Assembly: GCF_009914755.1 (NCBI RefSeq)
Contig: NC_060941.1
Strand: one strand, 5' to 3'
Length of the DNA: 64,000 nucleotides
DNA from: the human T2T-CHM13v2.0 reference genome, Homo sapiens
Both the position numbers and the translations under genes were made by a program. Shown one piece after another: positions 32,620 to 53,896 of the stretch (position 1 is the stretch's first letter; each line of letters opens with the position of its first letter). The notes below the pieces were generated by a model that was given only the letters and a program-made list of their open reading frames with translations, made no database searches and was not told the origin of the DNA.

Positions 32620-33624
32620 GTCAATTATGTTTGCAGCTGCAGCCATGCCACTGTTGCTCTCTAACCCTGAGCTTCCTCTAGCTCGCCGAGCTACAGCCCA
32701 AGGAGAAGGATAAAGGAGGACTCTATACAAGGAGAAGCGAGTGAGTAAGGAGGTCTCTATACCATGGCTGATACAAAGCCAATTGCCTGAAATTGACCTG
32801 TGGTAAAGCACCCAGGGAGCTACTGACTACAAAAGCCGCTTGCAAGAGTGCGCCCTCTACTGCAGAGATGAAGAAACCCTATCCTTACAGGCTTGCCACT
32901 GTGGCACTCCGGGAACGTAGACATGCTCAGAAGTCCACCAAACCTCTGATTGCAAACTTCCCTTCCAATGTCTGGTGTGAAAAGTTGCTCAGAACTTTAA
33001 AACAGATCTGTGTTGGCCGGGCACGGTGGGCTCACGTGCCCAGAGGCACATGCACCATTACAGGTGGCTGGTGCCTGTAATCCCAGCAGTTTGGGTGGAT
33101 CACTTGAGGCCAGGAGTTTGAGACCAGCCTGGCCAACATGGTGAAAGCACGTCACAACAAACAAACAAACAAAAAACAGATCTGTGCTTCCAGAGCGCAG
33201 CTATTGGTGTTTTGCAGGAGGGAAGTGAGGCCTGTCTGTTTGGCCTTTTGAAGACACCGAGTTGTGTGCAACCCATGCCAAACGTGTAACAACTATGCCA
33301 AAAGACATCCAGCTAACACACTGCCTACGTAGAGAACGTGCTTAAGAATTAACTATGATGGGAAACACTTCATTCCCAAAATATTTTTCTCTTCTTCCTA
33401 TTACTGGTAATTCTGAATGTCAGGTTTTTTTTCCCATAGGGTCTTAAGTATATGATTGAGAGTAGAAAAATAAGGGAGAGAAATCAATTGGCCGTTTTCC
33501 CATTTTCATCTGTGTATGAGTTTTTAGTATAAATGCAGGGAGGTAAAGCATCAATGCAAGTCAGAATGTTTCAGTGAACAAGTTTTAGCAGTACAACTTT
33601 ATAATAATTATAAATAAACCTGTT
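32620..33624 (+). pseudogene. Processed pseudogene of histone H3.3, H3F3A (H3-3A) type
   Basis: Intronless; ATG at 32764, premature TGA at 32788-32790, frameshifts, terminal TAA at 33343-33345. Shows H3.3 signature residues (APST, SAAIG), H3F3A-like UTRs and AATAAA at 33613-33618. Interrupted by an Alu monomer. Confidence 0.93.
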
Positions 33625-33751
33625 GGCCAGGCACAGTGACTCATGCCTATAATCTTAACTCTTTGGGAGGCCGGGATGGGAGGATAGCTTGAGCCCAGGA
33701 GTTCGAGAGCAGCCTGGGCAACATGGTGAAACTCTGTCTCTACAAAAATTA

Positions 33752-33943
<192 letters not shown>

Positions 33944-34038
33944 TTAATTAAATACGAAGAAATGGGAATGTGAAATCTCTAACATGGTGAATTAAGGATT
34001 TTTTGAAAGTCCACCTCAGGACTACTGGTGTGAACTAG

Positions 34039-34335
<297 letters not shown>

Positions 34336-34363
34336 TAGTAGAGATGGGGTTTCACCATGTTAG

Positions 34364-34663
<300 letters not shown>

Positions 34664-34685
34664 TAGGCTGGTCTCAAACTCCTGA

Positions 34686-35138
<453 letters not shown>

Positions 35139-35504
35139 TAAACGTGTGGATTGTGCATCCTCAGAGAGAGGAAGATGGACCTCTCATAAAAGCACATTAT
35201 GGCCAGGTGCAGTGGCTCACACCTGTAGTCCCAGCTAATTGGGAGGCCAAGGTGGAAGGATCACTTGAGGCCAAGAGTTCAAGACCAGCCCGGGCAACAC
35301 AGCAAGACCTCATCTTTAACTTAAGAAAAAGTTAGCCGAGCATAGTGGTTTGTGCCTGTAGTCCCAGCTACTCAGGAGGCTGAGATGAGAGGACCACTTG
35401 AGCCTGGGGAAGTGAAGTCGAGGCCACAGTGAGCCATGATCACACCACTGCACTCCAGCCCGAGTGACAGAGAGACCCTGTTTCCAAAAAAAAAAAAAAA
35501 AAAA

Positions 35505-35748
35505 GCGAGGAGCGCCTCTGCCCGGCCAGCCACCACATAGTCTGGGAAGTGAGGAGCGCCTCTCCCCGGCGGCCCAACAGCTTGGGAAGTGAGGAGTGCC
35601 TCTGCCTGGCCACCCCACCATCTGGGAAGTGAGGAGCGCCTCTGCGTGCAACCCTCCAAGTGTGAAGTGGCAGCCTTGTGTGTGGTCTTTCTGCCCTCCC
35701 CAAGTTTGCATTTTCGACATTAAAGTTTACTTTTAAATTAAAAAAAAA
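35505..35748 (+). mobile_element. 5'-truncated SVA2-type VNTR retrotransposon
   Basis: About 3.5 SVA VNTR units (gggaagtgaggagcgcctctgcc...), then a short unique tail (gtgcaaccctccaagtgtgaagtg...) instead of SINE-R, ATTAAA at 35719-35724 and poly(A). Confidence 0.75.
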
Positions 35749-36890
35749 GTTCACTATGTCAGACGCTCTAAAAATGAACAACAGTGAACAAATACTCTGT
35801 CCTCGTTTTTCTTTTTGAATGTGTGTATCTGAATCTCCATTCAAATATATACTTTACCTGTTTGCTATTATAGACTTGAATCACTCTCCAGATGTGTAAG
35901 AATGTTAGTTGTGAGTGCAAGGATCACTCACAATCTGCCCTGGGGATCCTACAGGTTATGTGGCGAGAGCGGGCTGATCCCTATGAAATAAAGAGAACCG
36001 TAAAAACGGATGTGAGCAGTTATCCAGCTTCTGGATAGTGGAATATCCTCTCACTTTTCCCTGTATACATATTTTAGGAAACTGCAAGTCATATTACAAA
36101 AAAGAATTAACAACAAAGAAATATAAGTGACCCAAATGCAGCAAGAATAATAGCAGTAGCTAATGGTTAATGAGTATTTATGGAGTAAACATTGAAATAT
36201 CTCAACTTATCCTTATAAAACCTTACATTCCCTATTTATAGAGGGGATACAGAGGCTTACAGAGATTGAGGGACTTATCAAGGGTACTGTGGCTAATTAA
36301 GAGTCAAAGACAGGACTGGAACCCCAGTCAGTCTGCATGGAAAGCCAGACTTCTCGCTCCTGCCCTCTGCTGCCTCCCAGGCGCGGAGAGCTGTTGGACA
36401 GCCAGCCCATTACCGAATCCTTTCTCAAGCAAAGAAAGCTGCGTTCACTTTCCTCTTGAAAATTTTCAAGTCACTAAAACTCATCAACACCCACATCACA
36501 ATCTCCTACTCATCAATTGTCTACAAAATTCCTGCTGAAAAATCAGCATCAGGGTCTGAGCGCAGTGGCTCACACCTGTAATCCCAGGGTTTTGGGAGGC
36601 CGAGGTGGGAGGATCCCTTGAGCCCAAGAGTCCAAGGCTGCAATGATCATGCCACTGCACTGTAGCCTGGGTGACAGAGTGAGACCCTGTCTCTAAAAAA
36701 ATGTTTTTAAATCAACATCAGCAAGTCCTTGTTCCCAACCTGAAAATAAATTTCTTCTGTCTCCTAAGATGAGAAAATGAGAATTGAGTGATAAGAAACT
36801 GCCCTAGAAACTTAAACTTTTATTGTTGCTACTGTTTACTCCATCTTTAACTTTTATTTATTTGTTTTGTTTTGTTTTGTTTTGTTTTGA

Positions 36891-37109
<219 letters not shown>

Positions 37110-37199
37110 TGATTCACCCGCCTCAGCCTCCCAAAGTGCTGGGATTACAGATGTGAACCACCAAGCCTGGCCTAACTTTTATGATTATTAAAAATTTTA

Positions 37200-37553
<354 letters not shown>

Positions 37554-37955
37554 TTATGTTCAACAGTTATTATCAAAATATTGCTACAGATTAATCTATT
37601 TTTCCCTTTGCTCAAGTATTTTAAGACATGCCAAATGTCATGGTGTAGTGTCATTTCACTGCTACATACTTTAGCATGCATCTCTAAAATATTAATATAT
37701 AGACATTTTCTTCCATAAACACAGTGCTGTTACCACACCTTAAAATTTAACAATTCTTTGACACGATCTGATACTGGGTACTCAATAACTGTTTCAACAA
37801 AACATCTTTTTATGACTGGTGTGTTTGAATTAGACTTCAAACAAGCCCACGTGTTGCATTCTAAGAGCACTTTAAGGCTCTTCAATCTCGCTCTCTCTCT
37901 TTTTTTTTTTTTCTTTTTGAGATGGAGTTTTGCTCCATTGCCCAGGCTGGAGTGA

Positions 37956-38087
<132 letters not shown>

Positions 38088-38934
38088 TAATTTAATTTTT
38101 TTTCCTAGACGGAATCTCACTCTGTTGCCCAGGCTGGAGTGCAGTGGCGGATCTTGGTTCCTACAACCTCTGCCTCCTGGATTCAAGCAATTCTCCTGCC
38201 TCAACCTCCTGAGTAGCTGGGATTATAGGTGTGTGCCACCATGCCCAGCTGATTTTTTTGTATTTTCAGTAGAGACAGGGTTTTGCTGTGTTGGCCTGGC
38301 TGGTCTCGGACTCCTGGCCTCACTCAAGTGACCCGCCTGCCTCGGCCTCCCAAAGTGCTGGGATTACAGGCATAAGCTACTGCACCTGGCCCCTGTTTGC
38401 TTTTTAAAATAACATTGGCTTGTTATAGAAATAATCTGAAGATTTACTAAAAAATCATGTGCACACTGAATAATACTCAGTGTAAAAATTACTCATGAAA
38501 TTTATATTATAAATAGGGATTTTATAGCATTTTTTGAGCTCTAAGAGTGGATTCCATCATATGATATGTAAATCTATTGCTCAACTTTTATATCCTTGAC
38601 TTCCACAGTATATAAAAATAAAAGCACTGCCCATAGTAGAAAAATGTATCCACCAGAGTGGCCCGAAATAGGAGGCATCTGGGAAATGGAGATCAAAGGG
38701 AAAGAAAGAACTTGGTAGTTCATCCATTCCAGGGTAAATTACCTGGAATGGAATTTACCATTCTGGGTGATTTGCATGCAGTCAGGCAGGCACAAGCTTT
38801 CACTTCTACAGGCACCTCGGATTCAACAGCAGACAAGACAGTCCCTTGTGAGCAAGTTGCTCAAAGTTTTCATAAATATCCTTACAGATTCCCCGGCCAC
38901 CCACCTGCACATCTTCATCTTTCTTCTCCTTTGG

Positions 38935-38958
38935 TGACCTCTGATGACCTTCTGGCCT
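38935..38958 (-). promoter_or_regulatory. Perfect DR4 nuclear-receptor element plus adjacent DR2 half-site
   Basis: Minus strand reads AGGCCA-ga-AGGTCA-tcag-AGGTCA, in non-repetitive sequence. Function is untested. Confidence 0.5.
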
Positions 38959-39946
38959 CCAGGGCGCTTGATGGACTGGCACATGCATGCAGGTCCCTGG
39001 GAAGATCTATTCAGGCTTTTTAAAGTTTGATTCCCACTGAGAGTTAACACGTTGGTGTTTGGACCTGTCAGGCAGTCCCTTATGAGTTTGATTACTGTGT
39101 CTCAGCCTCTGAAAACCAAACACAGTCTAGCTGTCCTGACAAAGTAGCATTTGGGAGCCTAGACCTGGGTGTCCAAGGTTCTGCTGCCATAGACAGAATG
39201 GCTTTTTTACAAGACTAGTCACTCCCTCCACCCTCCAAACTCCACCAAAACATCTTATCCTGGTGAATGAGGCCTTCTGTGACCTCTTCTCTGCCTCCCC
39301 TCACCCTTATTCCACCACCTCAGTAGCTTTTTCATTGTCCTCATCCCTGTCCCCACTGTCACTTCACCATCCCAGACCCTCCTTGGACTATTCCAACTAA
39401 CCCCTAACTTGTCTCATATATTCTACTCTATTTTATTTTTTTAACAGAGTCTTGCTCTGTTGCCCAGGCGTGCACTGGCAGGATCTTGATGTGCCCAGGC
39501 GTGCACTGACGTGATATGCAATGGCATGATCTTGGCTCCCTGCAACCTTTGCCTCCCAGGTTTAAGTGATTCTCATGCCTCAGCCTCCTGAGTAGCTGGG
39601 ATTACAGGCATGTGCCACCACGCCCAGCTAATTTTTTGTATTTTTGGTAGAGATGGGGTTTCACCATGTTGGCCAGGCTGGTCTCAAACTCCTGACCTCA
39701 AGTGATCCACCCACACGGGCCTCCCAAAATGCTGAGATTACAGACATGAGCCACTGTGCCTGGTCTTGTCTCATATATTCCAGACTTGCTCTGCTTCCAA
39801 ATCTTTCTCCATGGTAATCTATTAAAATGCATCTCGTTTTCTTACTCCGCTACTTAAAAACCTTCGATCGTTCCCTTGGCATGATATCTGAGGCCCTTTC
39901 CGGTCTGGTGCCAGCTCCCTCACACTTTGCCCCCACTCCATGCCAG

Positions 39947-42005
39947 ACACTATGCCCACTGCCCATCTAGTCCAAGGGCCTGCTACTGCCCCCGCCTAGA
40001 AGGCCCCATGCCCACGCCACCTGCCTGTTTGCTGGAAAAACTCTTTCCTGCTCAACCTTCTAGACTCGCCTTTGGATACCTCCTGCTCCCAGAAGCCCAT
40101 TCCCCGTCCAGAACAGGCAGTGACACAGAGCCCTGTACTTCCCCCATCGGAGTACTAGACTGTTACTTCTCCGAGGAGAATATGTCTTGCCTCATCTAGC
40201 AGTGCCTGTCATGCTATGATTAATAGCTGGATAACTGAAAAAGTGATATTTTAGGCAGCATCAGGCTGGGCACAGTGGCTCATGCCTGTAATCCCAGCAC
40301 TTTGGGAGGCTGAGGCAGGAGGACCACTTGAGGTCAGGAGTTCAAGACAAGCCTGGCCAACATGGTGAAACCCCATCTCTATTACAAATACAAAAGTTAT
40401 CCAGGCATGGTAGTGCACACCTGTAATCCCAGCTACTCAGGATGCTGAGGCAGGAGGATGGCTTGAGCCCAGAAAGTAGAGGCCGTAGTGAGCTGAGATC
40501 TCGCCACTGCACTTGAGCCTGGGTGATAAAGCGAAAAGCTGTCTTAAAAAAAAGAAAAAGAAAAAGAAAAAAAGACCGCATGGCTTCTCTGCTCCAGGCT
40601 GAACAACTCTGCTCCCTCAACCACCCTTCCTTTGATGGAATTCCCAGATTTCTCTCCAACATGGGCTTTCTTGCAGACGTAGCATGAGCTTCACCTGACT
40701 CGTTCAGGTTCTGTGTCCCAATTAATGAAGGCTTAACTGGGGAGAAGAGGGCACTCTCACTGCCTTGGTGGCTCCTGCATGCAGTATCATTCCCGGGACC
40801 CTCCAGCTCTCTCCTCGCTCTGCTCCTGCATTCACTTCACAACGTGGCCCAAGTGCAGGTGGTTTTGGACCCATTTTCTGGCCTATGCATTTATTCCTTA
40901 GATGTCATGTCACCATCTTAGATTTAGCCCATTTGTAACATTTAATGTTCTCTACTTGCAAGGGGAATAGCAACAAATTCTGGCTGTGTGTGGTTTTTTT
41001 GTTTTTTTTTTTTGTTTTTTTTTTGTTTTTTTTTTGTTTTTTGAGGAATTTCTTTGAATGGTAGCTCTCAGAATACGAAGAATGTTGAACAACCAGGACA
41101 CAAGTAGGACAGGAAAGAGGATCATTCTGGGAATCCAGGTAGCAGGAACCACCCAACACACTTTACAGGATGCTGCTATCACGAGGCATGCGCTCTAACT
41201 CTGTTCCATCACTCGACCCAAGATGGCAGTTCTGGGAACTAGAGAGGCTGGCCGGCCGGCCTGCGTTGCATGCCTGCCCCTTGGCAAGGAGGGAAGCATC
41301 TTGACGACAGTTCCTGCAAGGCTGCAGCCAGTGGGGCAGGCAGAGCGAGATGCTGCTATCGAAAGGTGAACAGATTGTTATCAGGGGAAAACGTTGCTAT
41401 CCATGCTGATATCTTTATGTCATACCTCGAGCAAATTCTGAAGATGAAGGAAGCCGGGATGGGGAAGATTTAGTGCATTGTGCAGGGTAAGTGTGGTCAG
41501 GCTCTGGCAGAGTCTGTTCGTGGCTTGCTTCTGAGCAGCAGAGCCCTGCGGCAGGTAATCCTGAAGGCAGCTGTGCAGCCAGAGTGTGGCTGTATTATAT
41601 ATTATACGGCATATAATACATAGAACATCCTGTCTGGCAGGGCATCCTCGGTGGCTCAGTACAGCCACCAGACGAGTGAGCCACCATGCCTGTTGCTGTC
41701 TTAAAATATGACTTTTTCAGTCATCCAGCTATTATTCATAGCATGACAGGCACTGCTAGATGAGGCAAGACATATTCTCCTCAGAGAAGCAACAGTCTAG
41801 TACTCCGATGGGGGAAGTACAGGGCTCTGTGTCAGTGCCTGCTCCAGACAGGGAATGGGCTTCCGGGAGCAGGAGGTATCCAAGGTGAGTCTAGAAGGTT
41901 GAGTAGGAAAGAGTTTCTCCAGCAAACAGGCAGGTGGTGTAGGCATAGGGCCTTCCAGGCCGGGGCAGTAGCAGGCCGGGGCTACATGGGGAGTGGGCAT
42001 AGTGT
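39947..42005. repeat. Local inverted duplication: arms ~39947-40283 and ~41676-42005
   Basis: Manual alignment of arm 1 to the reverse complement of arm 2 gives about 90% identity over ~320 bp. Confidence 0.93.
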
Positions 42006-42946
42006 TCAGAGCCGACCTCACCTGGGGACAGGCTAGGACTTATGGAGTATATGTGGGTTCAGTGCTCACCACCCCACAGATAATGCCAGGGACCAGGCTT
42101 CGGCAGCAAGACGAATTCCAATGTCCACAGCTCGGGAGGCTTCCCCGCTTTTTGCTAACTGGGAGCCCCAGCTGCCTCCCTTTTCCTTCTCTCCTTGGGT
42201 CCTCATGGACTTCCTCCAGACCTGGCCCAGGCTGCTTGTTTCCCTCCTGGTGGCCACGCCTGGTACCACAGTGCTCTCCAACACAGGGAAAAAGTCCCCA
42301 ACCGGCAGATAGGGACCCAGCTGTATACATCTGGAAAGTGAGCCAGTATTAAGCAGGCATATTTCCCAAAGACTTGTCATGGCACAGATTTGGTTTTTGG
42401 TGGGTTGACTTATATAATGACGAGTCCTGTAAACTCGAGTCCTGTGAATGAGCAGTTACATCTAGCAAGCCACGTTCCAAGTCACCTATGTAGAAGTACA
42501 GGCACCAGGACTGCCCTAGGATGTTGCAAGGATCAGACTGTGCTGGTGGTGTCCCTTCAAGGGACCAGACCCTCAGCCCTGTGGGGCTTTACGCTGGGAC
42601 AAAAGGTACACACTATTAAAGTGTTAGCCTGTCAACATTTCACATGCCCTCCCACCAGGAACTTCCTTCCCAGCACACACCCCTTTGCTGGGGTTTCTCT
42701 GATCACTCAAGACCTCTCACTCTCTCCAGACTTGACTGCCAGCACTTCTTCCCTAGACCCCCATCAGCCAGCCAGCCACCACCTGCCATGCTTAACCCCC
42801 ATGTATTGGGTATCCCCAGAAGTCAGGCTGTACCTTATTCCCCAGGAAAACAAAACAAAACAAAAAAAAAAAACAAAAAAACAAAAAAAAAAAAACAAGA
42901 AGAAGGCTGGTTGCAGTGGCTCATCCCGGCACTTTTTAAAAAATTA

Positions 42947-43123
<177 letters not shown>

Positions 43124-43804
43124 TCAGGAGGCTGAGACAGGAGCATCGCTTGAACCTGGGTCACAGAGTTTGCACTGAGCCAAGATGGCGCCACTGCACT
43201 CCATCGTGGGGAGCCGAGTGAGACTCTGTCAAAAAAAAAAAAGAAAGAAAGAGAAGGAAGGGAGGGAGGGAGGGAAGAAAGGAAGGAAAAAATACATGAG
43301 AACTGCAGGAGATTACTTTTTACTGCAATATGCAATTTACTGAAGACACGAACTGCTCACATGGAGACGGTTAGCACCATATGGTATTGTAAGCAGATAC
43401 TCACACGCTTGAGCTCATCACAATAGCAACAGGAGGTGGAAATAATTACAGTGGTATAGTCTGTGCTACAGTTAATTTTATGCAGTTATGATTTAATACT
43501 GCATCCTTACATTTGTTTACATTTCTCTTGACCGCAAATGGCAATGGCACTGTGTATTATCTGTGTGTACATATTTCGATAAATGTTAACTTTTGAAATA
43601 GATTTGTGTATATTTCATCAAAATATTTATAGAGAACAATCTGCATACAAGAGAACCCATACAGTTAAAATTGTGCTGTTCACAACCGAGTTAGGTGGCT
43701 CACGCCTGTAATCCCAGCACTTTGGGAGGCCGAGGCGGGCAGATCACTTGAGGTCTGGAATTTGAGACCAGCCTGACCAACATGGAGAAACCCTGCCTCT
43801 TCTA

Positions 43805-43963
<159 letters not shown>

Positions 43964-44142
43964 TCAAAAAAAAAAAAAAAATTGTGCTGTTCAAGGGTCA
44001 ATTTATAGAGACACACAATTGATTTTTTTGTGTTTATCTTATATCCTCAGTGTTGCCGAAGAAATTACATTGTTTGGTTTTGAAATATTGAAATAACCTT
44101 GCATGCCTACAGTTAACCTCTCTTAGTCACTGTGTATAATTA

Positions 44143-44319
<177 letters not shown>

Positions 44320-44746
44320 TTAAATACATTTGTTTTTGTTAGAGATGGGGGTCTTGATCTGTCCACCCAGGTTGGAGTGCGATGGTGCTCTGATAGTTTA
44401 GTGTAGTCTCAAACTCCTGGGCTCAAGCAATCCTCCTGCCTCAGCATTCTGAGTAGCTGGGACCACAGGTGTGTGCCATCATGCTTAGCTAATTTTTAAA
44501 TTTTTTTTTTTGTAGAGACAGTATCTTGCCATGTTGCCCAGGCTGGTCTTGAACTCTTGGCCTCATGTGATTCTCCTGCCTCAGCCTCCCAAAGTGCTGG
44601 GGTTACAGGTATGAGCCACTGCACCTGACCCAAATCTTGAAAACATGTATTTAAGGCCGGGTGTGGTGGCTGACACCTGTAATCCCAGCACTTTGGGAGG
44701 CTGAGGCGGGCAGATCACCTGAGGTCAGGAGTTCGAGACCAGCCTA

Positions 44747-44965
<219 letters not shown>

Positions 44966-45155
44966 TTAGAACTCTACCTAGAGATAAAGAATATTGCAAA
45001 ATAAACTTTGGTGCTTCACCTGACCTCGTTTTGGGACCATGTTGTGGACAAACAACAGTCTAACAACCAAAAGTGTCTAAAGTAATTCTAATTTTTCAGA
45101 GATCCCCTTCATAAGCCATAGGAATGTCTCTTATACTTCCCACCCTCAAGATGGT

Positions 45156-45973
<818 letters not shown>

Positions 45974-46133
45974 GAGGTGTTTTTAATAAGTACTCCTGGG
46001 TCAATTGAAAGTCCATAGTCCATTCAGAAAAAAAATATTGACTTCTACATTACTCCTACAGAGAAATCAATTGTAGATAAATTGTAAATGGTACGATAAT
46101 AAAGCTCTTTTTTTTTTTTTTTTTTTTTTGTGA

Positions 46134-46235
<102 letters not shown>

Positions 46236-46589
46236 TGAGTAGCTGGGACTACAGGTGCCCGCCACACCGCCCGGCCTTTTTTTTTTTTTTTTTTTTTTGA
46301 GACAGAGTCTCACTCTGTTGCCTAGGCCGGAGTGCAGTGGCATGATCTCAGCTCACTGTAACTTCCACCTCCTGGGTTCAAGCTATTCTTTTGCCTCAGC
46401 CTCCTGAGTAGCTGGGACTACAGGCATGCACCGCCACACCCGGCTAATTTTTGTATTTTTATTAGAGATGGGGTTTCGCCATGTTGGCCAGGCTGGTCTT
46501 GAACTCCTGACCTCAGGTGATTTGCCCTTCTCGGCCTCCCAAAGTGCTCAGATTACAGGTGTAAGCCACCATGCCTGGCATAATAAAGC

Positions 46590-51200
<4,611 letters not shown>

Positions 51201-51228
51201 TTTTTGGTTTGTTTGTTTGTTTGTTTGA

Positions 51229-51591
<363 letters not shown>

Positions 51592-52221
51592 TAACTATAC
51601 TGGAAAGATTTAGCTCTCTTAAATCAAATAAGATTATATTATAATTTTAAATTAAATCAAGATTCAGTGTTTACATTAGAATGTTCATGCAAATATTCAT
51701 AGTTGGGTAATGTATATGATGATTATGATTCCTTTCTTAGTTTTGGCTTTTTCCTAAAGTTAATAATTGCCTAGTGTTTTCATTAGCTTGGTTTCCTTTG
51801 TATGTATCACTAACCCTTCTCACACCATCTAAGAGCCTCTTGAGAGCCAGGCCCGGCAGCTTGAACCTGTAATCCCAGCTACTCAGGAGGCTGAGCTGGG
51901 AGAATAGCTTGAGCTAAGGAGTTTGAGACTACCCTGGGCAACAAAGTGAGACCCTGTCTCTAAAATAAAAATGAACAAATAAAACATTTTTTAAAAGCCT
52001 CTTGGTACAATTTTCCAAAAGTTTAGTCACATCAGGTGATCCATCACTTCCATATCATTTCTTGGAGAGCTTTATTTTCCTCCATCAAGGAGACCTTGAA
52101 TCTTCTTCAATCTAGGCTAGTTGATCTCTGGACATGCTGCACTGCTAGGGTCTTCCCTTGTTATCGCCTTGTAATACTCTTTCCCTTTTTCCTGAGTTGG
52201 GTTTCATGCCTTCCTCCTTGA

Positions 52222-52476
<255 letters not shown>

Positions 52477-53042
52477 TGATCCACCCATCTCGTCCTCCCA
52501 AAGTGCTGGGATTACAGGCGTGAGCCACCGCGCCCGGCCGATTTACTTCCTTTTTGTGGGTCACATTCACTAGCAGAGGGCATGGTTATTATAACCCTCA
52601 ATTACGTCCACGTGCCTCATGAGTCACACTGCTCCAACGTGAACAAGCTGTCCTCTCTGGAGCACAAGCGTCATCTTAGGATCTGCCTTTGTCATCATTC
52701 TGGAAATTCCCATACCTTCCCTTCTGTGTCGTATCTCTTATTTCATGCATCTACTTGCTGTTTCCTAATTTATACTCTCATTTTGGTAGAGGACAACTTC
52801 TAATAGCTTGTCGAGAAAGGGTGTATGAAGTAACTTCTGAGATATTGCATATCTGAAACTGTCTGATTCTACCTTCACACTGAAGCAATAGCTTGTTTGG
52901 TTAAAGAATTCGAGGTTGGAGGCCGAGCGTGGGTGGTTCGCGCCTGTAATCCCAGCACTTTGGGAGGCCGAGGTGGGCAGATCACCTGAAGTCAGGAGTT
53001 CCATACAAGCCTGACCAACATGTAGAAACTCCGTCTCTACTA

Positions 53043-53201
<159 letters not shown>

Positions 53202-53643
53202 TCAAAATATATATATATATATACACACACACACATATATACTATTTAGAAACAAAGATAATATAAATATAAATGTCAAAATAAATGGTGGAAAGAGTTG
53301 GAAATGGCTGATGTTGAGGAAGGTGACTAAGGGAGTGAAGAGGGGTGGACAGGAAACTACCATTTTTTTAAGCTTCTCAGAATATTTGGGTATTTAAATG
53401 TCTATGATGTAAACACACCTTCAGCTTGAACTTGAAGGACAGAAAAATATATAACAAGCAAACACAACTACAAGGACAAACTGACAAGGATACTTGACAC
53501 AGATTAACTTCCATCCTTATACGAGACTTTAGCACACATTTATCAGTAAGTTATAGATCAAGCAAATATAAAATTCACAAAAAAATGAAAAATGTGAGCA
53601 ACTTAAATTTGATTTAATATACATTATATCTAGAACACTATAA

Positions 53644-53896
<253 letters not shown>

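Noticed and set aside
35505-35650. Repeat-spacer-like array resembling CRISPR
   Set aside because: These are SVA-type VNTR units in a primate genome; no cas genes are present.
38806-39050. Possible third processed pseudogene
   Set aside because: No frame matched a protein I recognise, and there is no tail or TSD; treated as candidate regulatory DNA instead.
39461-39530. Short tandem duplication tgcccaggcgtgcactg inside an Alu
   Set aside because: Ordinary slippage within a repeat, with no sign of function.
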